Sequence record: MN850590.1
Length of the DNA: 64,000 nt
Reading direction: 5' to 3' (one strand)
DNA from: Escherichia phage moha
The stretch's first letter is position 1. Each line of letters opens with the position of its first letter. Positions 1 through 8,800 of this stretch are shown in pieces. A program made the translations under genes and the position numbers. A model generated the notes under the pieces. It was not told where the DNA came from and did no database searches. It was given only the letters and a program-made list of their open reading frames with translations.

Positions 1-69
1 TTCGCCGGACAGTTCATGGTAGTTCCTGAATTCCAAATCAAAGGATATAGCCAAGCATCTTTTGCATAA
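1..69 (+). CDS. 3' end of an upstream CDS (partial, runs off window start)
   Basis: Frame-1 open from window edge to TAA at 67-69; identity not determinable. Confidence 0.3.
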   Translation, partial: FAGQFMVVPEFQIKGYSQASFA

Positions 70-73
70 AGTA

Positions 74-102
74 GTTTACTTCTCCTCTGGTTTTGATATT
101 AT
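74..102 (+). promoter_or_regulatory. early (sigma70-type) promoter: -35 GTTTAC, extended -10 TGaTATTAT
   Basis: GTTTAC 74-79, 17-nt spacer, TATTAT 97-102; flanked by 10-bp inverted repeat 81-90/114-123. Confidence 0.5.
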
Positions 103-128
103 AACCATATCAACCAGAGGAGAATAAT

Positions 129-653
129 ATGTTAGTTTACCGCGTAGAACGTAGTTTTTGTACTCAACGTGAATCATTACCCGGAATTGCTATCGAAGAC
201 GGTAAAGCCGTCAGAATTTGGGAAACCTCTTGGAATAAAGAACCTCGCTCGCCGTACGGTTGGTCGGGTACCGACAACTCTGAAGAAACATGGGAGTTCC
301 TTGATAAACACGGAATACTCTCAGGTAACTTCTACCATCACGGCGACAACTATAATGTCCCTAATCGTCCTACAGTAAATGAAGACAAACTCCTTGAACA
401 AAATATCTTAAGATACTATAGAATTGAGCACACATTTGAATTGAGTGAAGATTGGGCTCAAGGGTTCTATTTTGGATTTGAAAGTGTTGACGCGGTTTAT
501 ACATGGTTTGATGACCAGGTGGATGTTGAACTCTTGAAAGCTAAAGGATACTACATCGCGGTCTATGAAGCACCTGATTTCATACTCGGAAGTTGTCAAT
601 TAATGTTCAGACGTTCATTAGCAGAACAAGTTGATTTTATTTTGCTAAAATGA
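129..653 (+). CDS. hypothetical early protein (T4 motB/cef-region position)
   Basis: 174-aa ORF with GAGGAG RBS 8 nt upstream, preceded by early-type promoter; protein-like composition; synteny upstream of gene 39. Confidence 0.55.
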   Translation: MLVYRVERSFCTQRESLPGIAIEDGKAVRIWETSWNKEPRSPYGWSGTDNSEETWEFLDKHGILSGNFYHHGDNYNVPNRPTVNEDKLLEQNILRYYRIEHTFELSEDWAQGFYFGFESVDAVYTWFDDQVDVELLKAKGYYIAVYEAPDFILGSCQLMFRRSLAEQVDFILLK

Positions 654-682
654 TGTACAACAACTATGGTCTATGATACTAT
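653..682 (+). promoter_or_regulatory. early promoter: -35 ATGTAC, -10 TGaTACTAT
   Basis: -10 hexamer 677-682 centred in palindrome GGTCTAT/ATAGACC (668-687). Confidence 0.45.
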
Positions 683-710
683 AGACCTATCAAAACAAGA
701 GGAGAATATT

Positions 711-938
711 ATGAAACGTCAAATCATTAAAAACGTAACTACTGATTCAAACATCGATGAGTTTGAAGATGTTCTGTTTAATCCTGATTTAGTTGTTGTA
801 CAGAAAAACTGGACTGAATTTTTATGCTACACTGAAGTGGTTTACGTTTACGAAAAACTCGGCGATGAAATGCCTATCTATGGTATCTTCCGTGAAATCA
901 CTGAAAATGGTACAACTTATTGGAAGGAAACTTACTAA
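711..938 (+). CDS. hypothetical small protein
   Basis: Listed ORF 666..938; start moved to internal ATG 711 which has GGAG RBS; the 666 start would lie inside the promoter -10 region. Confidence 0.45.
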   Translation: MKRQIIKNVTTDSNIDEFEDVLFNPDLVVVQKNWTEFLCYTEVVYVYEKLGDEMPIYGIFREITENGTTYWKETY

Positions 939-1351
939 TGGCTAATAAATTCCGCGTTAACTCACGGTACCAATTTAAAGATAAACGTGCCCAAGAAGAG
1001 TTTATTAAAGACCACACTGATAATGGGATTTATGCACGACGTCTTGGCATGGAACCATTTAAAGTATTAGATGTTGACCATCTTGGTCGTCCTACTAAAA
1101 TTGTGACATCTACCGGCATGGTTGGATACGCAACAGGCGGTGATATCCTTGATGAAAACTTTATCTGGCTCTCCACGAATGAAGCAGAATTCTTTGACGA
1201 AGTTGGAAATCCATATCAAGCGTCCGAAGAGCAAGATTCTGGTGAACTTGATGAATTGTCTGAATTTCCGGTGATGACGATTACTATCGAAAATAACGAC
1301 CAGGCATGGTCTTTGTATCAAATGTTGAAAGCTCACTTTAAGGAACAATAA
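938..1351 (+). CDS. hypothetical protein
   Basis: Listed ORF 920..1351; ATG 938 overlaps upstream stop (TAATG) and follows GGAAGGA RBS. Confidence 0.5.
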   Translation: MANKFRVNSRYQFKDKRAQEEFIKDHTDNGIYARRLGMEPFKVLDVDHLGRPTKIVTSTGMVGYATGGDILDENFIWLSTNEAEFFDEVGNPYQASEEQDSGELDELSEFPVMTITIENNDQAWSLYQMLKAHFKEQ

Positions 1352-1530
1352 TGCCGTTATACGACTATAAATGTCAATCTGAAGATTGTGGTCATGAATA
1401 TGAAAAAATTAAAAGAATTTCTGAACGAGAAAACGATGTTTGCCCTGAATGTCATCGTCTGTCTACTCGTCGGGTTTCTGCTCCTAAACATGTGAACGGT
1501 GGTTTTTACGACTTACTTAAGAAGGGTTAA
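1351..1530 (+). CDS. small zinc-ribbon protein (FmdB-like, CxxC...CxxC)
   Basis: 59-codon ORF not in ORF track (below cutoff); TAATG overlap with upstream stop; N-terminus [18 protein letters not shown] plus second CPEC pair typical of FmdB-type Zn ribbon. Confidence 0.5.
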   Translation: MPLYDYKCQSEDCGHEYEKIKRISERENDVCPECHRLSTRRVSAPKHVNGGFYDLLKKG

Positions 1531-1532
1531 TT

Positions 1533-1955
1533 ATGGCTTTTAAAGGTTTTGAAGTTGGTAAGAAATATCGTATTATTAAAGGACAGGAAGATAATTTCTT
1601 GAGAATTCTTAATACGACTGGTAAACGTCTTAACACTACTCTGCATACAGTTTTATTATCAAGAGATTTTATTGTAGAAGAGATGATTGGTTATGGTGTT
1701 TCAATGATTGCCGCTGAAACCGATGGACCTGGACGTACAATCATTAGTATGCAAGGTGATATTCTAATTTACGGTGCAGAATTTAAATTCTTTGAAGAAG
1801 TTCCTGAATCAGATACAGCCGTAGATTTCAAAAAAGGCTCTATAGAATTTGTTGATGGTTCGGTGATCGTATCAGGTGATGTGGTCATTACAGTTAAAAG
1901 TGAACAAGGGCGTTTGGCTGCAATTGATGCACTTCAGAAAATTAAATTTAAATAA
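1533..1955 (+). CDS. hypothetical early protein (T4 goF-position, 140 aa)
   Basis: ORF immediately upstream of gene 39, size matches T4 goF (~141 aa); followed by hairpin terminator; identity by synteny only. Confidence 0.5.
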   Translation: MAFKGFEVGKKYRIIKGQEDNFLRILNTTGKRLNTTLHTVLLSRDFIVEEMIGYGVSMIAAETDGPGRTIISMQGDILIYGAEFKFFEEVPESDTAVDFKKGSIEFVDGSVIVSGDVVITVKSEQGRLAAIDALQKIKFK

Positions 1956-1974
1956 GGGCTTCGGCCCTTTTTGC
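1954..1974 (+). terminator. intrinsic terminator (GC stem, UUCG loop, U-tract)
   Basis: AAGGGC-TTCG-GCCCTT then TTTTTG. Confidence 0.6.
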
Positions 1975-2018
1975 TTTAGATTTCGGATGATAGAATACCT
2001 TCATAACGAGGAGACAAC

Positions 2019-3836
2019 ATGATTAAAAATGAAATTAAGGTATTGTCAGATGTAGAACATATTAAGAAACGTAGTGGTATGTATATTGGTTCTTCTGCTA
2101 AAGAAGCACATGAGCGTTTTTTGTTTGGTAAATATCAACAAGTTGAATATGTTCCTGGTCTGGTTAAATTAATCGATGAGATTATTGACAACTCGGTTGA
2201 TGAATCTATTCGTACATCATTTAAGTTTGCAAATAAAATTGATGTGCAAATTAAAAATAATCAAGTTTCGGTGGAAGATAACGGACGTGGTATTCCTCAA
2301 GGTTTAGTTACCGACCAAACAGGTGAACAAATTCCTGGGCCTGTAGCAGCCTGGACTATTCCAAAGGCTGGTGGTAACTTTGGTGATGATTCTGAACGCA
2401 AGACTGGTGGTATGAACGGCGTCGGGAGTAGTTTAACTAATATCTTCTCTACGTTGTTTACAGGCATCACGTCAGATGGCGAAAATGAAATCACTGTTAA
2501 TTGTTCAAACGGAATGGAAAACAAATCATGGTCTTCTAAGAAATCTAAATGTAAAGGCACTAAAGTAATCTTCACTCCTGATTTCTCTTCATTTGAAGAG
2601 CATAATTTATCTCAAATTTATTTAGATATTACTTTAGACAGACTTCAAACATTGGCAGTCGTTTATCCTGATATCAAGTTCACATTTAATGGTAAAAAGG
2701 TTGATGGTAATTTTAAACGATTTGCTAAACAATTTGGTGAAGATAACATCATTCAAGAAAATGATAAAGTCTCTATAGCATTCACAACATCACCAGATGG
2801 CTTCCGTCATTTAACTTATGTGAATAACATCCATACTAAAAATGGTGGTCATCATGTTGAATGTGTAATGGATGATATCTGCGAACATCTTTTGCCCGGT
2901 ATTAAAAAGAAATATAAGGGTATTGAAGTCACTAAAGCTCGTGTTAAAGAATGTCTCACAATGTTGATGTTTATTAGAGACATGAGCAACATGCGTTTTG
3001 ATTCTCAGACTAAAGAACGTTTAACGTCAACGTATGGTGATATTCGTAATCATATCCAATTAGATGCTAAGAAAATTGCTCAGGCACTTCTTAAAAACGA
3101 AGCCTTGATTATGCCTATTGTTGAAGCAGCATTAGCTCGTAAATTGGCAGCAGAAAAGGCTGCAGAAACTAAAGCAGCTAAAAAGGCAACTAAAGCTAAG
3201 GTTCATAAGCATATTAAAGCTAACCAATGTGGTAAAGATGCAGATACGACATTGTTTTTAACAGAAGGTGATTCGGCAATTGGTTATCTCATTGATGTTC
3301 GTGACCGTGAACTACACGGCGGATTCCCATTACGTGGTAAGGTGATGAATAGCTGGGGTATGTCATATGCTGATATGATGAAGAACAAAGAGCTCTTTGA
3401 TATCTGTGCTATCACGGGTCTTATTCTTGGTGAAAAGGCAGAGAATACGAACTATCGTAATATTGCAATTATGACCGATGCCGATCATGACGGTCTTGGA
3501 AGTATCTATCCGGCTTTGCTTGCTTTCTTTAGTAATTGGCCTGAATTGTTTGAACAAGGACGTATTCGCTTTGTTAAAACACCTGTAATTATTGCACAAA
3601 TTGGCAAAGCTCAAAAATGGTTTTATACTGTAGCTGAGTATGAAGAAGTTAAAGATACACTGCCTAAGCATAGTATTCGATACATCAAGGGATTAGGCTC
3701 CCTTGAAAAGTCAGAATATCGTGAAATGATTCAGAACCCTGTGTACGACGTAGTTAAACTTCCTGAAAATTGGAAAGAACTCTTTGAAATGTTGATGGGT
3801 GATGATTCAGAACTTCGTAAAGAATGGATGTCCTAA
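2019..3836 (+). CDS. 39: DNA topoisomerase II large (ATPase, GyrB-like) subunit, uninterrupted gene 39 (39+60 equivalent)
   Basis: 605 aa; GHKL ATPase motif VEDNGRGIP; N-terminus resembles T4 gp39; single ORF as in T2-type phages, no bypass element. Confidence 0.9.
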   Translation: MIKNEIKVLSDVEHIKKRSGMYIGSSAKEAHERFLFGKYQQVEYVPGLVKLIDEIIDNSVDESIRTSFKFANKIDVQIKNNQVSVEDNGRGIPQGLVTDQTGEQIPGPVAAWTIPKAGGNFGDDSERKTGGMNGVGSSLTNIFSTLFTGITSDGENEITVNCSNGMENKSWSSKKSKCKGTKVIFTPDFSSFEEHNLSQIYLDITLDRLQTLAVVYPDIKFTFNGKKVDGNFKRFAKQFGEDNIIQENDKVSIAFTTSPDGFRHLTYVNNIHTKNGGHHVECVMDDICEHLLPGIKKKYKGIEVTKARVKECLTMLMFIRDMSNMRFDSQTKERLTSTYGDIRNHIQLDAKKIAQALLKNEALIMPIVEAALARKLAAEKAAETKAAKKATKAKVHKHIKANQCGKDADTTLFLTEGDSAIGYLIDVRDRELHGGFPLRGKVMNSWGMSYADMMKNKELFDICAITGLILGEKAENTNYRNIAIMTDADHDGLGSIYPALLAFFSNWPELFEQGRIRFVKTPVIIAQIGKAQKWFYTVAEYEEVKDTLPKHSIRYIKGLGSLEKSEYREMIQNPVYDVVKLPENWKELFEMLMGDDSELRKEWMS

Positions 3837-3860
3837 GCTCCTTCGGGAGCTTCATTTTAA
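3836..3860 (+). terminator. hairpin / weak terminator after gene 39
   Basis: AAGCTCC-TTCG-GGAGCTT followed by CATTTTA; U-tract interrupted. Confidence 0.45.
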
Positions 3861-3878
3861 TTTTAATAAGGCTTAATT

Positions 3879-4979
3879 ATGAAAGTTATGTTTATCCCAT
3901 CTCGTGCAGTCCCATTTAACCCAGAACGTGTACAAGGTGGTCTTGAAGCAGTACATTTAAATGTGTTGAAATATCTTGTGTCCATCGGTGCCGATATTGA
4001 TTATATTGGTTTTGATAATGACACATTTGGTGATTGGAAGGTTAATCATCATCCTGTTGGTCATCTGACTAAATTCAGTCTAGGTATGAGTTATACTATG
4101 GCTCGTAAGATTGTTGAACTAGCCGGCATCCATGAATACGATTTTGTTGTTACTATGGAACCGACTAAACTAACCGTTCAGGCAATTAAAGACGCAGGTC
4201 TCTCTAAAGTTCATAAGAATTTTATGGCAACACCATTTGAACCGGTATCTCGTGGCATTGTTCAAATTTGGGACCAGACTATTCAAATTCATAAGAATGG
4301 TGGTAAGAGTTATGCTCCTACTAAAGCCTTCCGTGAATTTGAACGTAAATATTGTTATATGACTTCAGGTCTGACTGACAAAATTGATTATGATTATTGG
4401 CGAGCAAATCCTTTGTTTGAAGCCGAAGATTATCCGGTTATTTGTTTGACTGAAAAGCCAGAAGTTCTTCCGGCGACGGATCTGATTATTAGTGCACAAC
4501 GTTATGACACTAAAATGCGTCGTACTGATGTTGCTCTTGAAGCGATTAAAGCACTAGGCGAAAATGGTGCAGGATACTGTCCAAGCAAATGGGCGCCACC
4601 GGCTAAATATCCTGTTATTATTGATGCTCCACACAGTGAAATTATGGAACGTCTTAAAACAGCTAAAGCACTTATTAATACGTGTCCTGACACAGGTACG
4701 GTAGAGAATAGTTCTATTGAAGCCATCTCTAAAGGTGTCCCTGTAATCCAGTTAGTTTTTAAGGATTATCCTCATGCGACATTTGAATACGACCCAGATA
4801 CTGTGCGTGTAGAAATTGATTCCTCTACTCCTAAGAAAGAAGTAGTTGCGCTTTACACAAAAGCTGTATTAGAATTCACTGACACATACGAAGCTCGAGT
4901 TAAACGTGCTGAAGCAGTATGGAAGAAGTATAACCGAGATGCAGTTGTTGCGATGTGGGATAAAATCTTCACAGCGTAA
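3879..4979 (+). CDS. putative GT-B fold glycosyltransferase (GT4-like)
   Basis: 366 aa; N-terminal PFNPERVQGGLEAV (GG-x-E motif) and C-terminal ENSSIEAISKGVPVI (E-x7-E / EAxxxGxPVI motif) typical of GT4 family; occupies the gene 60/mobA locus of T4. Confidence 0.5.
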   Translation: MKVMFIPSRAVPFNPERVQGGLEAVHLNVLKYLVSIGADIDYIGFDNDTFGDWKVNHHPVGHLTKFSLGMSYTMARKIVELAGIHEYDFVVTMEPTKLTVQAIKDAGLSKVHKNFMATPFEPVSRGIVQIWDQTIQIHKNGGKSYAPTKAFREFERKYCYMTSGLTDKIDYDYWRANPLFEAEDYPVICLTEKPEVLPATDLIISAQRYDTKMRRTDVALEAIKALGENGAGYCPSKWAPPAKYPVIIDAPHSEIMERLKTAKALINTCPDTGTVENSSIEAISKGVPVIQLVFKDYPHATFEYDPDTVRVEIDSSTPKKEVVALYTKAVLEFTDTYEARVKRAEAVWKKYNRDAVVAMWDKIFTA

Positions 4980-5071
4980 ATCCTGAATAGCCTGAGGCAC
5001 TATTACACATAAGATGATAGATTATACGGTCTTTAGTAATAGTGCCCTAGGAATCTACTGAAGAGAATATT

Positions 5072-5272
5072 ATGAGAACATATAACGTGGACTTGGAACT
5101 TTTTGATAAAGCAGTGCTCCGGGAATTCCGGCTTATCCAAAGATTTTTTGATATCGAATCAGCAGAGTCCTTTAAAGAACGCTTTAAAGAAATTCGATAT
5201 AAAATACAAACCGATACAGCTACTAAAGAAGAACTTCTTGAAGTAGCAGAAATTTTTAAACGTAACTTGTGA
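5072..5272 (+). CDS. rIIA.1: rIIA.1-like small protein
   Basis: 66 aa ORF directly upstream of rIIA, same size and position as T4 rIIA.1. Confidence 0.6.
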   Translation: MRTYNVDLELFDKAVLREFRLIQRFFDIESAESFKERFKEIRYKIQTDTATKEELLEVAEIFKRNL

Positions 5273-5284
5273 TGAGAGAAAAAT

Positions 5285-7498
5285 ATGATTATTGAAACGG
5301 CTAAAGAAACGATTATTGGTTCAGGCGGTAAGAGCACAGCATTCACTATTCAAGGCAATAGCAAAGTTTATAAGATTTTGTCTAATGACCTTTATACAAA
5401 CAAAGAATTGGCTTGTGTACGTGAATTAATCACAAACTGTATCGATGGACAAATTCTTAATGGTTGCACTGATAAGTTTATTGTTCAGGCTCCAGGTCGT
5501 TTAGACCCACGTTTTGTAGTTCGAGACTTTGGTCCTGGTATGAGTGATTTCACCATTCGAGGTAATGACGAAGAGCCAGGAATCTATAACTCATATTTTG
5601 CTTCAACTAAAACATCGAGTAACGATTTCATTGGTGGATTCGGACTCGGCTCTAAAGCTCCATTAGCATATACCGATACGTTTAACCTTACGTCTTATCA
5701 CAACGGTGAAGTTCGTGGTTACGTAATCTACCAAGATGACACTGGTCCACAGATTAAGCCAACCTTCGTAGATAAGATGGGTCCTGATGACCGGACCGGC
5801 GTTGAAGTAGTTGTACCGGTTAACCCAGAAGATTTTGAAAAGTTCGCATCCGAAATTGCATATGTTATGCGTCCTCTAGGTGATATTGCAGAAGTTCGCG
5901 GTGTTAAAGATATCAAATACTTTCCTGAATTCGATGATGTTTATTTAGCCAAGGAAGCTCCATGGGGTGAACGTGGTAATATCATGGCTGTTTATGGTGG
6001 TATTGTATATCCAATCGGAAGTGTTATTAAAGAACAAACATGGATGATGACGCGATGCACTACAGCTTATATTAAATTCCCTATGGGTGAACTAGATGTA
6101 GCCCCGTCTCGTGAAGCATTGTCATTTGATAAACGTACAGTAGCAAATATCCATAAACGCGTTGCAGAAATCGATGCTAAATTGTTCGCTGAAGATTCTA
6201 AGAAATGGATTGATTGTAAATACCCACGTCATGTGTTCCGTGAAATTGATTCTCTTGGCTATACCGCTCGTAAATACATGGAAAAGGCTGGGTCTAATAT
6301 TGAATCACTGAAATACTCTAAAGAACAACTAACTTATTCCGAGTTGTACAAACGTTTTAAAATGGGACCCGAATGGTGCAACCTTGGCGTTGTATATGAT
6401 ATCGTTTCAGACCCACGACTTCGTCGTATTCGTGAAAGCGGAAGCTCGTCTGCAACTATTTCAATTAATAGCCTGCTAGGTATTAGTCGTAAGCATATTG
6501 ATATCGTTATTGACGATGTGAAAGGCCGCGTACCAATGATGCGTGCTCTGAACGATGCTTTGACTTCCACCGATGCATCAACACTCGTTGATAAGGTTCC
6601 TTCCGGATGGGGTAGTAGCGTATTATTCATTAACCCGGAAGATGAAGTTGCAATGAAACTTCTGGAACGATTAAAGGTTATTTTCGCTGGTGATAGCCTT
6701 AAATTTTATAAGACCTCTGAAATTCTTGCATTAGTTAAACCATGGATTGAAGTTAAAGAACGTTCATCGCAGCCTCGTCCTAAATCCCCAAGTGCTCATC
6801 GGTTCTTTAAGAATGAAAACGATGTTTGGGTATCGGAAGATCTCTTTATTCCAGCGAGTGAAGCTGGTGAAATCCAAGGTTATGCTATAGTTCGTAATCG
6901 TTCTAATGCTGAATGTCTTGACGCAGATAAAGGTTGGTTGAACTATGACTCTAATTTCTTGACCCGTATTGCTGATTTGTCAGATATTAAAGAGTTCACT
7001 GTAGTCCGTCCACAGATTGCTAAGAAAGTTCGTAAACTTGGTGAAGTAGAATGCTTGTTCGAAAAATCAATTAATGACTATATTACGCTAATCGATAAAG
7101 TAGATTATGATGAGTATGTATCACCAAGTCGTAGAGCACAGCCCTATCTAAACCATATTACTCGTAATGAAGAGCTTAACTTCCTTAGTAAGTATTTTAG
7201 CTCTAAGAACAAAGAAATCAGTAAAGATTTTGCAAAACTCTCCACAGTAAATAATCGCTGGGGATGGAATCGATTCGCAGGTGCTACTAATACAGACCTG
7301 AATAAGAAGTTAGAATTGTGTGCTAAAATTTTCGATAAGCTTAAAGATAATGCTTACGATAATGATGATAAAATGATTATTGAATTCGAAACCAATTATC
7401 ATATTGTGTCAGAATACATGGGACGACGTGGTACTCTTTCAAAAGAACAGGTCGCTCAAATCGTTAAATTCATGAAGGCCGTGGAAGCGGCCAAATAA
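5285..7498 (+). CDS. rIIA: rIIA protein (membrane-associated, GHKL-type ATPase fold)
   Basis: 737 aa (T4 rIIA 725 aa); followed by rIIB; recalled similarity to T4 rIIA. Confidence 0.9.
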   Translation: MIIETAKETIIGSGGKSTAFTIQGNSKVYKILSNDLYTNKELACVRELITNCIDGQILNGCTDKFIVQAPGRLDPRFVVRDFGPGMSDFTIRGNDEEPGIYNSYFASTKTSSNDFIGGFGLGSKAPLAYTDTFNLTSYHNGEVRGYVIYQDDTGPQIKPTFVDKMGPDDRTGVEVVVPVNPEDFEKFASEIAYVMRPLGDIAEVRGVKDIKYFPEFDDVYLAKEAPWGERGNIMAVYGGIVYPIGSVIKEQTWMMTRCTTAYIKFPMGELDVAPSREALSFDKRTVANIHKRVAEIDAKLFAEDSKKWIDCKYPRHVFREIDSLGYTARKYMEKAGSNIESLKYSKEQLTYSELYKRFKMGPEWCNLGVVYDIVSDPRLRRIRESGSSSATISINSLLGISRKHIDIVIDDVKGRVPMMRALNDALTSTDASTLVDKVPSGWGSSVLFINPEDEVAMKLLERLKVIFAGDSLKFYKTSEILALVKPWIEVKERSSQPRPKSPSAHRFFKNENDVWVSEDLFIPASEAGEIQGYAIVRNRSNAECLDADKGWLNYDSNFLTRIADLSDIKEFTVVRPQIAKKVRKLGEVECLFEKSINDYITLIDKVDYDEYVSPSRRAQPYLNHITRNEELNFLSKYFSSKNKEISKDFAKLSTVNNRWGWNRFAGATNTDLNKKLELCAKIFDKLKDNAYDNDDKMIIEFETNYHIVSEYMGRRGTLSKEQVAQIVKFMKAVEAAK

Positions 7499-7507
7499 GG
7501 AAACATT

Positions 7508-8455
7508 ATGTACAATATCAAATGCTTGTCCCAAGAAGAACAGTTAGAAGCTTACGGCCTGGTTGAATCAGGCAAATGGACTCGTAAAGAAATTGCCGAT
7601 TACTTCGACATTTCAACAGATACTCTTCGTAAGATTGTTAAGAATTTTAAAGCAGAAGGCGTTGTCCCTGAAGCAAACGATGCCTCTTATGTAATCGAAG
7701 AAGTTCCAGAAAATGATGAACCTATTATCGGCGGCCATCGTCCTGAAATCGTATGGAACGCGTCATCTAAATTTATTTCAATTATTGAAGGACGCGTAGC
7801 ATACAATGCGACTCCATCAAGTCATGCAAATTTTGAAGAAATTAAAGCTAATCTGGTCGCAGGAAACCTTAGTAAAGCTGTCGAACTTATTAACATCAAG
7901 AAAGCTATTAGTAAGTTTGTTGACGGTAATGTTGTTATTGAAGGTGGTAGTTTATTTTATCAAGGTATAGAAATTCGTTCAGGACTGGTTAATCGTATTA
8001 TTGATTCCATGGAAAAAGGCGAAGACTTTAAATTCTATCTGCCGTTCCTTGAAAACCTGTTAGAAAACCCAAGCGAAAAAGCTGTACAACGTTTATTCGA
8101 CTTCTTGGTTGCAAACGATATTGAAATCACTGAAGATGGTCATTTCTATGCGTGGAAAGTAGTTCGTAAGGACTATTTAGACTGCTATAGTGGTACATTT
8201 GATAACTCCCCAGGTAAAGTTGTTTCAATGCCTCGTACTCGAGTTAACGACGATGATACTCAAACCTGTTCTCGCGGTCTCCACGTTTGTGCTAAATCTT
8301 ATATTCGCCACTTTGGTTCAAGCTCAGATAAAGTTGTGAAAGTTAAAGTTCATCCACGTGATGTTGTATCCATCCCGGTTGACTATGGTGATGCTAAGAT
8401 GCGTACATGTCGTTATGAAGTAATTTCAGACGTTACTGAATTATTTGCAGAATAA
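7508..8455 (+). CDS. rIIB: rIIB protein
   Basis: 315 aa; N-terminus MYNIKCL and C-terminal region match recalled T4 rIIB; followed by GGGGAC-UUCG-GUCCCC terminator. Confidence 0.9.
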   Translation: MYNIKCLSQEEQLEAYGLVESGKWTRKEIADYFDISTDTLRKIVKNFKAEGVVPEANDASYVIEEVPENDEPIIGGHRPEIVWNASSKFISIIEGRVAYNATPSSHANFEEIKANLVAGNLSKAVELINIKKAISKFVDGNVVIEGGSLFYQGIEIRSGLVNRIIDSMEKGEDFKFYLPFLENLLENPSEKAVQRLFDFLVANDIEITEDGHFYAWKVVRKDYLDCYSGTFDNSPGKVVSMPRTRVNDDDTQTCSRGLHVCAKSYIRHFGSSSDKVVKVKVHPRDVVSIPVDYGDAKMRTCRYEVISDVTELFAE

Positions 8456-8460
8456 TAATT

Positions 8461-8483
8461 GGGGACTTCGGTCCCCTTTTTTC
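8461..8483 (+). terminator. intrinsic terminator after rIIB
   Basis: GGGGAC-TTCG-GTCCCC then TTTTTTC. Confidence 0.7.
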
Positions 8484-8496
8484 TTTAGGGGTAATT

Positions 8497-8784
8497 ATGA
8501 TTCATCCATTTGACGTATCAGAATCCAAAATCGCTAATCTTCGTGGCCATCATAAATGTAAATCAGTGTATTGCGCTAAATTGGTAAAACACCCAGGTGA
8601 TGCACACTATGGCTGGTTAGAATGTGACGAAGTTGTTATTGAAATCCCACCGGTAGATGCAGAATATCTTGAAGAAGGTGACCGCATTTATTTTGGCGAA
8701 CTACACATTAGAGGTATCTATGGTAAAGACGAACTTGGGACTGTTGAGGCTGAAGAGTCTTCCGACATTTATCCTGTCGAATGA
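8497..8784 (+). CDS. hypothetical protein
   Basis: 95 aa ORF after rIIB terminator with AGGGG RBS; protein-like composition. Confidence 0.5.
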   Translation: MIHPFDVSESKIANLRGHHKCKSVYCAKLVKHPGDAHYGWLECDEVVIEIPPVDAEYLEEGDRIYFGELHIRGIYGKDELGTVEAEESSDIYPVE

Positions 8785-8800
8785 GTTTTTGACTAGCGAA

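Noticed and set aside
666-710. Listed start of ORF 666..938
   Set aside because: ATG 666 lies inside the promoter -10 palindrome and lacks an RBS; internal ATG 711 has a GGAG RBS
8657-8800. N-terminal extension of the listed 206-aa ORF (8657..9277)
   Set aside because: The first 48 codons are Leu/Phe-rich in an out-of-frame-like way and overlap the better-supported 95-aa ORF 8497..8784; start placed at ATG 8801 instead
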